Shown here in pieces: positions 44,466 through 53,970 of a stretch of 64,000 nt of DNA. The stretch covers positions 1,058 through 65,057 of the forward strand of contig JBKPNQ010000156.1 of the NCBI GenBank assembly GCA_046732715.1, in the 5' to 3' direction. The position numbers and the translations under genes are program-made. The DNA comes from Acidobacteriota bacterium (GTDB taxonomy: Bacteria > Acidobacteriota > Vicinamibacteria > Vicinamibacterales > 2-12-FULL-66-21). Position 1 is the stretch's first letter. Each line of letters starts with the position of its first letter. The notes under the pieces are model-generated. The model saw only the letters and a program-made list of their open reading frames with translations, was not told the origin of the DNA and ran no database searches.

Positions 44466-45380
44466 TCAGTTCCGAATCGAGTGCCCGGTGACCTTGAGGA
44501 AGACATCCTCGAGCGTCGACCGTTCCGTGCTGAAGTCGGTGACCGGAATTCGATGCTCCGCGATGCATTCGATGACGCGGGTCACGAAGTCCTCGCCGCG
44601 TCCGCGGATCGTGACCCGTCCGTCGCGAGCGGTCAGGGAGTCCACCTGCGGAATCACCCGGAATCGTTCGCCGGCGGTGTCGTCTCTCGTCGTGACGATC
44701 ACGATCCGCTCCGGCGCGTGCCGGCGGATCAATTCGTCCGGCGTGCCGATGTCGATAATCCGTCCGTGATCGATGATCGCCACGCGATCGCACAGCCGCT
44801 CCGCTTCCTCCATCAGATGCGTGGTCAAAAAAACCGTCTTGCCACGGGCACGGATGCCGCGCACCAGTTCCCAGATCGCTCGTCGCGCCTGCGGGTCCAA
44901 CCCGGTCGTCAGCTCGTCGAGGAACACGACTTCCGGGTCGTTGATCAGCGCCAGCGCGATGAAGAGACGCTGCTTCTGGCCGCCGGACAGCGTCATGAAC
45001 CAGGCATTGCGCTTGTCGCTCAGGCCGAGCTGTTCCAGCAGTTTGTCGCCATCGACCGGATGTCTATATAAGGTGGCCCATAAGCCGACCGCCTCGCGGA
45101 CCTTGATGCGTTTTTGCAATTGCGCTTCTTGGAGCTGGACGCCGATTCGGTCCTGAAGCGCGTAGAGGTCTTTTCTCGGATCGAGCCCCAGCACCGAGAT
45201 CGTGCCCCGATCGGGCGCCCGCAACCCTTCGACGCATTCCATCGTCGTGGTCTTGCCGGCGCCGTTCGGTCCGATCAGGCCGAAGATCTCTCCCTCGTTC
45301 ACGTCGAACGAGACTTCGTCAACTGCGACCGACGGTCCGTAGGTCTTGCGGATTTGTGAGACCTGAACGACTGGCGGCAC
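44466..45380 (-). CDS. ABC transporter ATP-binding protein (DrrA/ABC-2 subfamily)
   Basis: GTG start. Walker A GPNGAGKTT, signature LSGGQKQR, Walker B VVFLDELTTGLD. Confidence 0.9.
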   Translation of the reverse strand: MPPVVQVSQIRKTYGPSVAVDEVSFDVNEGEIFGLIGPNGAGKTTTMECVEGLRAPDRGTISVLGLDPRKDLYALQDRIGVQLQEAQLQKRIKVREAVGLWATLYRHPVDGDKLLEQLGLSDKRNAWFMTLSGGQKQRLFIALALINDPEVVFLDELTTGLDPQARRAIWELVRGIRARGKTVFLTTHLMEEAERLCDRVAIIDHGRIIDIGTPDELIRRHAPERIVIVTTRDDTAGERFRVIPQVDSLTARDGRVTIRGRGEDFVTRVIECIAEHRIPVTDFSTERSTLEDVFLKVTGHSIRN

Positions 45381-45488
45381 GCCAAGAAGCTTACTGCGTT
45401 CGCCGTCACGCTGTATTCATGGCTTAGACAAGAAGGCAGTTCGACCGTGAACATCGACGAACGTGATCGCGCACCACGGCTGTGACCG

Positions 45489-46841
45489 TCAGTGGCCCGG
45501 ATACCCCGGCCGTTTGAGCCACACCGGCATCGGCGCCGACGCGGGTTTCTGGGTGTAGCGATAGGCCTCGATGGCCCATCCGCCTGGACCGCGACCCATG
45601 ACGAGCGTCATGAGCCCTTCGAACGTCGGCAGCGGTTTGCCGCCCGCATCACTGAGGCCGCGCAACTCCCACTTGCCGTCGACGACCGCGACGTCAGCGC
45701 CGATGCAGCGAACGTTGCCGAACATCAGGGGATGCTTGGAGCCGCGGTATTCCTGCCGCGTGAACAGCGCGGCACGATTCGCGCGAATCGTTTCCCGGCC
45801 GCGTTCGGTCAACCCATCAGGATGAACCATGTCGCCGTCGACAGACCAGAGCAGCGACAGGTTGGTTGCGTCGGCATTGTTCCAGTGGAGTGTGAACGCA
45901 TCGGCAAAGCCGCGAATCGTCCGCTCGTCGCCAGGTGAGCACGTCGGTCCGCTGCTGGCTGACGGGCGGCGTGCTGGCGGCGGGGCCGCAGGCGCGGCTG
46001 GCGGCGGCGTCATGAGCGGACCCGGCGCCGGCGGAGTGGCATGCCGGAGCACCTCGATGTCCTGGAGAATGGCGCCGACCAGCCCCTCAACGACGGTCCG
46101 TCCTTTTTCGCGCGTCGCGAGCGTCGGATCGCCCCACACGCCGCTCTCCGAATAGGTGCCGGAAGCGCCGCGACGTCGCGTGAGCTGCAACGGACCCGGC
46201 GACGCCGTGTATTCCTTCACCGCGCGACGCATGTCGACCGAGGCCGGCTCGATGTAGAGCATCATCGACGTCTCGATCTCGTCGGCGTGCGTGCCTCCTT
46301 CCTCCTGACGAATCGACGCTGACACCCGATCGAGATGGCCTGCGAGATCCGTGTACGAGAGCAGGATGCCCTGGGACGCGAGCAGCCGCGCAGCCGGCTC
46401 CAGCGCCCTCGTGGTCGAGACGCCGGTGTTAAGAATGTAGAACCGACGCGGGCCAAAGCGGGCGAGGCCGGTGATCGCCTCGACCGACAGCGTCCGGGCG
46501 GTATCGAGCGTCAGCGATGTGGAGCCTGGATATTCAATGAAGGCGGGGTAGAAGTGATACGCAAGCGGCGGTGCAACGACGACGTCCGATGCGTCGAGCA
46601 CGCGCGACGTCAGGTAATCGCTGACGATGGCGTCGTTGCCGAGTTTGAGATGCGGTCCGTGCTCCTTCGAGCCCGCGCCGAGCGGGACGACCACGACCGT
46701 GTCGGGCCGGAGCACGCTCTCGGCTTGCTGCCAGGTGATGTCCGACAGCCGGATGCCTCGCGGACGCGGCTGCGCCTGCGTCAGGCCGCGCGGGATAATC
46801 ACTGTGACCGCAAGGGTCGACGCGAGCAGCAGCACACGCAT
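45489..46841 (-). CDS. Creatininase-family amidohydrolase fused to a SnoaL/DUF4440-like C-terminal domain
   Basis: Start ATG 46841 (signal peptide). GAGSKEHGPHL and THADEIETSMML creatininase motifs. Pro/Ala linker. C-terminal NTF2-like segment. Confidence 0.65.
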   Translation of the reverse strand: MRVLLLASTLAVTVIIPRGLTQAQPRPRGIRLSDITWQQAESVLRPDTVVVVPLGAGSKEHGPHLKLGNDAIVSDYLTSRVLDASDVVVAPPLAYHFYPAFIEYPGSTSLTLDTARTLSVEAITGLARFGPRRFYILNTGVSTTRALEPAARLLASQGILLSYTDLAGHLDRVSASIRQEEGGTHADEIETSMMLYIEPASVDMRRAVKEYTASPGPLQLTRRRGASGTYSESGVWGDPTLATREKGRTVVEGLVGAILQDIEVLRHATPPAPGPLMTPPPAAPAAPPPARRPSASSGPTCSPGDERTIRGFADAFTLHWNNADATNLSLLWSVDGDMVHPDGLTERGRETIRANRAALFTRQEYRGSKHPLMFGNVRCIGADVAVVDGKWELRGLSDAGGKPLPTFEGLMTLVMGRGPGGWAIEAYRYTQKPASAPMPVWLKRPGYPGH

Positions 46842-46903
46842 AGGTTCTTCTCCGGCGCTGACGTCTGTGGGCCCGTATTCGGACGCGAATGTACACTGAA
46901 TCA

Positions 46904-47680
46904 ATGTCTGACTGGGATGCTGCGAAGTACCACCGTATCTCCGATCCCCAACTGGCGTGGGGACGCGTCGTCGCGGAGCGACTGGCGCCGGCCGCGGGCG
47001 AACGGATCCTCGATGTCGGCTGCGGCACTGGACGTTTGACGGAGGAGATCGCCCGAACGCCGGGAATAACTGTCGTGGGGTTGGACCGGTCCGCGTCGAT
47101 GCTGCGGCAGGCCGGCAGCCGGGGTCAGCCCCCGGTCGGTTTACCGACCTATGTCCTCGGGGATGGGGCTGACCTCCCGTTCGCCGATGCGTTTGACGCC
47201 ATCTTCAGTGCCGCCACTTTTCACTGGATCCCCGATCACGACCAGCTGTTTCGCAGCCTGTACAGGGCGCTCAAGCCGGGTGGACGGGTTGTCGCCCAGT
47301 GTGGCGGGGCAGGAAATCTGAGTCGGCTTCATGGCCGGGCGCGGGCCCTGATGCGCTCGACCGACTACGAGCGCTACTTTTCAGGATGGCGCGATTTCAA
47401 CCATTTCGAAAATGTTCCCGACACGGAAGATCGGCTCGCGCGCGCGGGGTTCACGGATGTCGTGGTCACGCTCGTGGCCTCGCCGGTGCCGTTCGAGCGG
47501 CCGGAGCAGTTCTCCGAGTTCGTTGCCGCCGTGTGCCTCCGTCATCACCTCGACCGGCTGCCGGTCGACGGCCGCGACGGCTTCATGCGCCGAATGACCG
47601 ATCAGGCTCTTCAGGACGATCCGCCGCTGACCCTGGATTACTGGCGATTGAACATCCAGGCCCGAAAGGCGGCCGCGTGA
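46904..47680 (+). CDS. Class I SAM-dependent methyltransferase (Tam-like)
   Basis: MSDWDAAKYHRISDPQ..., ILDVGCGTGRLT motif I. Confidence 0.75.
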   Translation: MSDWDAAKYHRISDPQLAWGRVVAERLAPAAGERILDVGCGTGRLTEEIARTPGITVVGLDRSASMLRQAGSRGQPPVGLPTYVLGDGADLPFADAFDAIFSAATFHWIPDHDQLFRSLYRALKPGGRVVAQCGGAGNLSRLHGRARALMRSTDYERYFSGWRDFNHFENVPDTEDRLARAGFTDVVVTLVASPVPFERPEQFSEFVAAVCLRHHLDRLPVDGRDGFMRRMTDQALQDDPPLTLDYWRLNIQARKAAA

Positions 47681-49539
47681 CGGTCCCGTATCCGGCGCGC
47701 GCGGCTGAACATGGTGTCCGCCGCGACGCGGAACTGAAACGTTCGCTCCAGATCTCGCGCGCCCGTCTCGCTGTCTTTCTGGGTGGAGCCGGATGCGTGA
47801 TCTGGACGATCGTTCACAGAGGCGGAGCAGGCTGGCTGGCGCTCGACGCCGTACTCGTCATCATCTTCGGTGCGCTCGTCGCGTGGCACGCGCGCGTCGA
47901 GGACCGCGTGGCCTGGCATCACGCGCTCCAGGCGGTCAGTCTCCGTTCCGCCGCTCGTGTCGAGCGCCGCTGGGACGACCTGCCTCCGGCGGAGGTGCCG
48001 GCGTCGATCGACCTGGCGCATCACCCCTACGCCATCGATCTCGATCTCTTTGGACGGGCGTCGCTCTTCCAGTGGCTCGGGCCCGCTGCGACGGCTCGAG
48101 GAAGCTCGACGCTCGCGAACTGGCTGCTCGGCGCAGCCGATCGTGATGTCGTGGCGGCGCGACAGACGTCCGTTGACGAACTGGCGCCGATGGACGATTG
48201 GCGCGAGCAGCTCGCCGCGCACGGCGAACTCGCGCGCGATGCCCGACTGGCGGACATTGACGCGTTCCTTGGCTGGGCCGAGGGCCCGCCGTGGTCCACG
48301 ATGTTCGCCGTTCCTGTCAGTCGAGGACGGCACGCGACGGTTCTCCCCGCGGCGATGTATCTCGTCGTGCTGGCGCTGACCGCGGCCATCTGGATTCTTC
48401 TGGCCCTCTTCCTTCTTGATGTCACCGATGCGGCCTTCTGGTTTATTCCGGTGGTCGCTGGAGTCGTGCTGACGTTCGCGTACGCCGGTCGAATGTATCG
48501 CGCCTTCAATCGCGCGGGGGCCGGACAGCAGGCGCTTTCGCGGTACGCAGCGCTCTTCGAGCACGTGACGACGGTCAGCTTCAAGTCGCCGCTCCTGCGC
48601 GGCTTCCACCAGCGGCTGTCGGTTGAACGAACGTCGGCACCCGCATGCATGCGGCGGCTGAACCGGATCCTGGGCTGGGCCGAGCTTCGCAGTGGCGCCG
48701 GCATCTTTCACTTCCTTGTCCAGGCATTCACGCTGTGGGACTTCCACGTGCTGTTTGCGCTTGAACGTTGGCGAGCATCCACAGGCAGGCACGTGCGCGA
48801 CTGGCTCGACGCCGTCGGCGAGGTCGATGCGCTCTCGTCGCTCGCAATCGCGCGACGCGACAATCCTGAGTGGGCGATGCCGCAGGTGGATGACGCTCGT
48901 GTGCTCGAGGCCGTCGCGCTGGGCCATCCACTGATTGATAACGATCGGCGCATCTGCAACGACGTCAGCGTCGGGCCGCCGGGAACGCTTCTGCTCGTCA
49001 CCGGATCGAACATGTCGGGCAAGAGCACGCTCCTCCGGGCAATCGGCCTCAATGCCGTGCTCGCCCAGGCGGGCGGCTGCGTCTGCGCCCAGCGCCTGCG
49101 GCTGCCGCCTTGCGATCTCCAGAGCAGCATCCGCGTCCAGGACTCCCTGGAGCTCGGGTTGTCGTACTTCATGGCCGCGCTCGCTCGGTTGAAGGGCGTC
49201 GTCGACGCGGCGGAAGATCCCCGCCGCAAGGACCGTGCGCTCTTTTATCTGCTCGACGAAATCCTGCAGGGGACCAACAGCGTCGAGCGTGCGATCGCCG
49301 TTCGTGCCGTTGCGCGGCATCTGCTCGACGCCGGCGCGATCGGCGTGATGACGACGCACGACTTGAGCCTTGCCGGCGAGGAGCCGCTGAAGTCGTCCGC
49401 CAGGCTCGTGCACTTTACGGAGATCGTCGACGATCGTGGCGCGATGCGCTTCGACTACCGGCTCCGGCAGGGCCTCGCCACGTCACGCAATGCGCTGCGC
49501 CTGATGCAGATCATCGGTATTGATTTGAAGGAGGGGTAA
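47677..49539 (+). CDS. MutS-related protein (domain V ATPase only) with N-terminal membrane region
   Basis: GTG 47677 overlaps the methyltransferase stop (GTGA). Several TM helices. Walker A GSNMSGKST, Walker B LLDEILQGTN, MTTHD. Confidence 0.75.
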   Translation: MTVPYPARAAEHGVRRDAELKRSLQISRARLAVFLGGAGCVIWTIVHRGGAGWLALDAVLVIIFGALVAWHARVEDRVAWHHALQAVSLRSAARVERRWDDLPPAEVPASIDLAHHPYAIDLDLFGRASLFQWLGPAATARGSSTLANWLLGAADRDVVAARQTSVDELAPMDDWREQLAAHGELARDARLADIDAFLGWAEGPPWSTMFAVPVSRGRHATVLPAAMYLVVLALTAAIWILLALFLLDVTDAAFWFIPVVAGVVLTFAYAGRMYRAFNRAGAGQQALSRYAALFEHVTTVSFKSPLLRGFHQRLSVERTSAPACMRRLNRILGWAELRSGAGIFHFLVQAFTLWDFHVLFALERWRASTGRHVRDWLDAVGEVDALSSLAIARRDNPEWAMPQVDDARVLEAVALGHPLIDNDRRICNDVSVGPPGTLLLVTGSNMSGKSTLLRAIGLNAVLAQAGGCVCAQRLRLPPCDLQSSIRVQDSLELGLSYFMAALARLKGVVDAAEDPRRKDRALFYLLDEILQGTNSVERAIAVRAVARHLLDAGAIGVMTTHDLSLAGEEPLKSSARLVHFTEIVDDRGAMRFDYRLRQGLATSRNALRLMQIIGIDLKEG

Positions 49540-49655
49540 CGGCGGCGCTGGGGCTCGGCCATTCCTTCCACCCTCGGCAGTCGCGATTCACTGCCTCGAT
49601 CTCCGGCTCAGTCAAGCTGGCCCATCGCTTGCACCGTCAGGGGTGCGAGGGTGAT

Positions 49656-50123
49656 GTGAGGGTAGTTCGCTTCCATCGTGTCCGCCGCGCGAGCGCGGCC
49701 TGGCTGTCAGCACTTGTATTGACGCTGTTCGGCCTTGCCGGCTGTCATGGACGTCCGGTTGTCGACCTCGGCGCGAAACCCGCCGAGGCAGACGGTACGA
49801 TCAGCGGCACCGTTCGCGGGCCCGAAGGGACGAGCGCAATTTCCGGGCGCACGGTCGAAGTCGTGAACGTCGACACGGGCGAGAGCCAGCGCGGCACAAC
49901 GAACGTCGCCGGCGGATTCACGTTCAAGGTGAAACCGGGAAAATACCGCATCGACCTGGCGTTACAGGACGGCGAAGTCCTCGTCAAGAAGCCGGACGTG
50001 ATCCACGTCAATCGAAGCGATGTGGACGCTCACGCAGACTTTGTTCTCGGTGCGACGCGAGTGTCCAGACCGCGAACGCGTATGCCTCGATCGGACGACG
50101 GCCTCGGCGCGGGAATAGCCTGA
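49656..50123 (+). CDS. Lipoprotein with carboxypeptidase-regulatory-like beta-sandwich domain
   Basis: GTG 49656 with GAGGG upstream (the ORF track starts at TTG 49629). Lipobox LAGC. GTISGTVRGPEG...GGFTFKVKPGKYRI. Confidence 0.6.
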   Translation: MRVVRFHRVRRASAAWLSALVLTLFGLAGCHGRPVVDLGAKPAEADGTISGTVRGPEGTSAISGRTVEVVNVDTGESQRGTTNVAGGFTFKVKPGKYRIDLALQDGEVLVKKPDVIHVNRSDVDAHADFVLGATRVSRPRTRMPRSDDGLGAGIA

Positions 50124-50140
50124 CGCACAGCACAGCGAAC

Positions 50141-50229
50141 GAGCGCAGCGAGTGAGCCACGCGACGGAGTGCGCCGGCGAAGCGGCGCGCGAGAGCCGTA
50201 GGGGAGTTCGAGGGGCGAAGCCCCTCGAA
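50141..50229 (+). repeat. REP-like GC-rich element, copy B (inverted relative to copy A)
   Basis: Aligns by hand to 23867-23959 (reverse complement). Hairpin TTCGAGGGGC-GAA-GCCCCTCGAA at 50207-50229, 24 nt upstream of GTG 50254. Confidence 0.75.
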
Positions 50230-50253
50230 TAAACAACGTTATACTCGGGGCGC

Positions 50254-51855
50254 GTGCGTGCCTCGCGCCTGCCGGTTACCGCCGCCATCGTCATCGGGTC
50301 GCTGGGCCTGACCGGCGCCGGTTCGCAGCGACCTCAACCTGCCCGGTACGACGTTCTCATTTCCCACGGGACAGTGATTGACGGCTCGGGGGCGCGTCCG
50401 GTGCGCGCCGAGGTGGCGATCAGGGACGGCCGTATCGTCGCCATCGGCTCTCTGCCGAACGCGACTGCCGCCGAGATCATCGATGCGACCGGGCTCATGG
50501 TGGCTCCCGGCTTCATCGATGTCCACACCCACGCCGACGACATCGCCGACACCCCTCGCGCCGAAAATTTCGTTCGCATGGGCGTGACGTCCGTCATTGC
50601 GGGCAACTGCGGAGGATCCGCGCTCGACATCGGCGAAGCGCTGACGAAGATTCGTCAGGCCGGCATCGCGATCAACTACGCCACGCTCATCGGGCACAAT
50701 ACCGTCCGCCGCGCGGTGATGGGAACGGCAAATCGCGACCCCACGATTTCAGAACTCGCGAAGATGAAATCGCTCGTGTGGCGCGCCATGGCCGACGGCG
50801 CGGTCGGCTTGTCGACCGGCCTTCAGTACGTCCCCGGCACCTACGCGAGGTTCGCCGAGATCCTCGAACTTGCCCGGGTCGCGGGCAACGCCGGCGGCCT
50901 GTACGCGTCTCATATGCGCAATGAAGGGACCGAGCTCGAAGCGGCGGTGCAGGAGACGATTCACGTCGGAGAGATGACGATGTGCCGCGTGCAGATCTCG
51001 CATTTGAAGGTTGACAGCCCGAACAACTGGGGCGCGAGTGCGCGCGCGCTCTCGCTGATCGATGCGGCGAGAAAGCGCGGAATCGACGTCCAGGCCGATC
51101 AGTATGCATACACCGCAGCGAGCTCGACGCTCGGTATCCGGTTTCCCGCGTGGGTGCTCGAGGGAGGCCAGGACGCGATCACGAAGCGCCTGAATGATCC
51201 CGAGCAGTGGGTGAAGATCAAGAGCGAGATGCGTGATCTGCTATCGGAGCGTGGTCTGTCCGACCTCTCTTTTGCTGTCGTGGCTTCGTATCGTCCAGAT
51301 CCGTCTCTCAACGGTCTGTCGATGAAACAGGTCGCGGTCAGACTCCGCGGATCTGACGCCGCCGACGCGCAGTTCGACGCGGCGAGAGCGATGATGCTGG
51401 CCGGTGGTGCCTCGATGGTGTACCACCTGATGTCTGAGGACGACGTGAATCGGATCATGCGGCATCCACAAGTAGGGATCGCGTCCGACAGCAGCGTGCT
51501 GACGATGGGTGACGGTATCCCGCACCCGCGCGGCTACGGCAACAACGCTCGCGTGCTTGGGGAGTATGTACGGAACCGACACGTGATCCCGATCGAGGAG
51601 GCGGTCCGGAAGATGACGTCGCTGCCCGCCGAGCACTTCAAGTTCGATCGGCGAGGGCTCGTCAAGGCGGGATACGCCGGCGACCTGACGTTGTTCGACG
51701 CAAACGCCGTCGCCGACGCGGCCACCTTCGAAAAGCCGCACGCCTTCGCGGCGGGCATTCCTTACGTGCTCGTCAACGGCGTAGTCGTCGTTCGAAGGGG
51801 AGAGCAGACGGCGGCGCTGCCGGGGCAGGTCCTGAAGAGTTCTCCGCCGAAGTGA
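50254..51855 (+). CDS. N-acyl-D-amino-acid deacylase (D-aminoacylase) family amidohydrolase, paralogue 2
   Basis: Signal peptide. VLISHGTVIDGSG..IRDGRIVAIG..APGFIDVHTHAD, with the canonical HxH. Confidence 0.85.
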   Translation: MRASRLPVTAAIVIGSLGLTGAGSQRPQPARYDVLISHGTVIDGSGARPVRAEVAIRDGRIVAIGSLPNATAAEIIDATGLMVAPGFIDVHTHADDIADTPRAENFVRMGVTSVIAGNCGGSALDIGEALTKIRQAGIAINYATLIGHNTVRRAVMGTANRDPTISELAKMKSLVWRAMADGAVGLSTGLQYVPGTYARFAEILELARVAGNAGGLYASHMRNEGTELEAAVQETIHVGEMTMCRVQISHLKVDSPNNWGASARALSLIDAARKRGIDVQADQYAYTAASSTLGIRFPAWVLEGGQDAITKRLNDPEQWVKIKSEMRDLLSERGLSDLSFAVVASYRPDPSLNGLSMKQVAVRLRGSDAADAQFDAARAMMLAGGASMVYHLMSEDDVNRIMRHPQVGIASDSSVLTMGDGIPHPRGYGNNARVLGEYVRNRHVIPIEEAVRKMTSLPAEHFKFDRRGLVKAGYAGDLTLFDANAVADAATFEKPHAFAAGIPYVLVNGVVVVRRGEQTAALPGQVLKSSPPK

Positions 51856-51914
51856 GGATTTGCGGAAGCGACATCAGTCCGCGACTGTCGCTGGTTGAGA
51901 TCCGGACCTTGGAA

Positions 51915-52421
51915 CTATTCATCCGCCGCCGCGAAATAGATCGCGATTGGCGCCAGCAGCAGCCAGGCGCCCACAATCACGAACATGACAAGCGGAACGG
52001 CGGCCGTCAGTCGTGACACGTCGGTGATCGTGAACGCGACACCAGGAAGGAGCCCGGCCAGCCAGGCTCGCCATTCGCTGACCGACTGTGCCGGGATCGC
52101 ACGGAGGAGCGCAGTCGCCAGCCAGACGGCGACGGATGCTGCGACACCCTGAATGAATGCGACAGGACGTCCGGCCGCACGGGCGGCGTCCTCCCGTGCG
52201 CGGAACTGCGCTCGCCACCACACGATGCCCGCTGACGGCACGCGCACGTCGCGCCAGGCGTCGTCTCGATCGCCGGCGAACGCGGCCGCGACGTCGCCGA
52301 GATCGCGGCAAATTGCACAGGTATCGACGTGAGCGCGGAGGTCCTCGTCACATCGGGCCGGCCACCGGCCGGCTGCCAGCGCGTCGAGCACATCCTGTTC
52401 GCGATCGCATTCACACGTCAT
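51915..52421 (-). CDS. Anti-sigma factor (zf-HC2 type) with TM helices
   Basis: HVDTCAICRD zinc-finger motif. Overlaps the sigma-factor gene by 11 nt. Confidence 0.7.
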   Translation of the reverse strand: MTCECDREQDVLDALAAGRWPARCDEDLRAHVDTCAICRDLGDVAAAFAGDRDDAWRDVRVPSAGIVWWRAQFRAREDAARAAGRPVAFIQGVAASVAVWLATALLRAIPAQSVSEWRAWLAGLLPGVAFTITDVSRLTAAVPLVMFVIVGAWLLLAPIAIYFAAADE

Positions 52422-53007
52422 GGCGTCCAGCTTTCTCGGTAGTCGAAGGCGTTCGATCGGTCCGCAACAGGTCCGCCAGCTTGCGGCGCGCCCGAAACAG
52501 CAACAGCCGAACGCTTTCGGCCTTTACTCCCAGAACGCCGGCAATGTCACGATGGTTCGAGCCCTGCGCGTACGCGAGCCAGAGCATTTGCCGCTCGCGC
52601 GGTCTGAGCTGCGCCATGGCGCGGCCGAGATCGGTGCGACGTTCGGCATCCGCGGCAACGTCCACGGCCGTGGGCAGCGTCTCGGCCGGAATCTCGACGA
52701 ATTGTCCGCGAAGCCGGCGGCGGTGTCCGTCGCGCGCCAGGTTCGTGGCAATGCGGAACAGCGAGTTCCGGCGATGCGCGTCGCTCTCGTGCAGCACCCG
52801 GGCGCGAAGGAATCGGTAGTAGGTCTCCTGGAGCAGATCGTCAGCCAGGTCAGGGCTTCCGGTAATGCGGGACAAGTACGCCCACAACGCGCGTGCCGTG
52901 CGATCGTACAGCGCGCGGAAGGCCTCCTCGTCCATTTCGAACACGCCGTCCGCGGCCGCAGCTTCAGCGCGAAGCTGCTCGACCTCGGCGATCGTCACAT
53001 CAGACAT
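52411..53007 (-). CDS. ECF-type RNA polymerase sigma-70 factor
   Basis: Start ATG 53007. Region 2 DLLQETYYRFL. Region 4 RERQMLWLAYAQGSNHRDIAGVLGVKAESVR. Confidence 0.85.
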   Translation of the reverse strand: MSDVTIAEVEQLRAEAAAADGVFEMDEEAFRALYDRTARALWAYLSRITGSPDLADDLLQETYYRFLRARVLHESDAHRRNSLFRIATNLARDGHRRRLRGQFVEIPAETLPTAVDVAADAERRTDLGRAMAQLRPRERQMLWLAYAQGSNHRDIAGVLGVKAESVRLLLFRARRKLADLLRTDRTPSTTEKAGRHDV

Positions 53008-53905
53008 GATCGGCTGGCGCAGGATCCAGGAGCCCGAGCTTTCTCGACAGGAAGTATGCGGCAACTGCGGAGACAATAAACCCGCCGCCCAGCGATAGAG
53101 CGACAACACCGAGGACGCGGAACAATTCGGCAGGCTCGTCGATGAACGTACTGCTGACGTAGAGCAAGCCGATTCCGGTCAGCAGCAGCACGACGCCGAC
53201 CTGGGCCGACCAGAGGATCCGAGAGAACGGCGCGCCCATCGATCGCGGCTCGTCGGGCAGCTGGATCGGCGCTGATTCGAGGAACCGGCGCCCGGCCGGC
53301 GTCTGCATGTAGGCGAGGAGATCCTCATTCGCCGTGAACCGATCCAGCAGCTTGCTGTGCACCTCGTACTGCACCTTCGACAGCTTGTTCCAGCGCCGCG
53401 TGTTGATCATCATGCGGACGAACCAGACTATCAGACCCACGACGACGAGGAATGCGGCGAACGCGGCAACCCCTGCGAGCAATCCGTTCATTTCCTGGCG
53501 CTGCCGCCATCGCGGGTCGTTGTAGGAGGGGTTTGGTGAATTGACGTTTTCAAGAAAGTACGCGGGATTGTGCGCCACTTCCTGGTGCTGGGCGATGAAC
53601 GAGGCCAATGCGGGATAGGGCGACAGATACGTCGGGTTGTTCATCAACGCAGGATCCAGCTTCAGCACGCGGCCGACCGCGGGAGGATACCTCTCGAGAA
53701 TCCTTTCGAGGTCCTGCCGAGTCTGGTCCGCGGTCGCATCCTGTGAACTCGCGGGAGTCGATCCGACCTGCCCGGCCACCGGAACCGCCCGGCGTGCGGA
53801 AGAAGCGGGCGCCTCCTGGGCCGCCGCCAGCGGAGACCCCGCCGCCCACAACAGGGCCACGGCGCAGACGGTGCGAAGAATTCTCTGACGGATTGTGTGG
53901 GGCAT
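53000..53905 (-). CDS. Membrane protein (hypothetical), first gene of the ECF sigma unit
   Basis: ATG 53905 is preceded by GAGGAG. Signal peptide plus three hydrophobic helices. Its stop overlaps the sigma start by 8 nt. Confidence 0.55.
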   Translation of the reverse strand: MPHTIRQRILRTVCAVALLWAAGSPLAAAQEAPASSARRAVPVAGQVGSTPASSQDATADQTRQDLERILERYPPAVGRVLKLDPALMNNPTYLSPYPALASFIAQHQEVAHNPAYFLENVNSPNPSYNDPRWRQRQEMNGLLAGVAAFAAFLVVVGLIVWFVRMMINTRRWNKLSKVQYEVHSKLLDRFTANEDLLAYMQTPAGRRFLESAPIQLPDEPRSMGAPFSRILWSAQVGVVLLLTGIGLLYVSSTFIDEPAELFRVLGVVALSLGGGFIVSAVAAYFLSRKLGLLDPAPADHV

Positions 53906-53970
53906 GTCCAATCGACTCCTCACACGCTATTACGCAGGCGCGACGAATTGGTTAACTATCTTCCTCGCTC

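Noticed and set aside
47299-47676. Upstream extension of the MutS-related ORF (746-aa version)
   Set aside because: It would overlap the methyltransferase gene by about 380 nt in another frame and is Arg/Gly/Pro-rich. The GTG at 47677, coupled to the methyltransferase stop, is more plausible.
47638-49413. 591-aa ORF on the minus strand opposite the MutS-related gene
   Set aside because: Same reasoning. It has an Arg/Pro/Gly-rich low-information sequence, and the plus-strand frame carries Walker A/B and MutS domain-V motifs.
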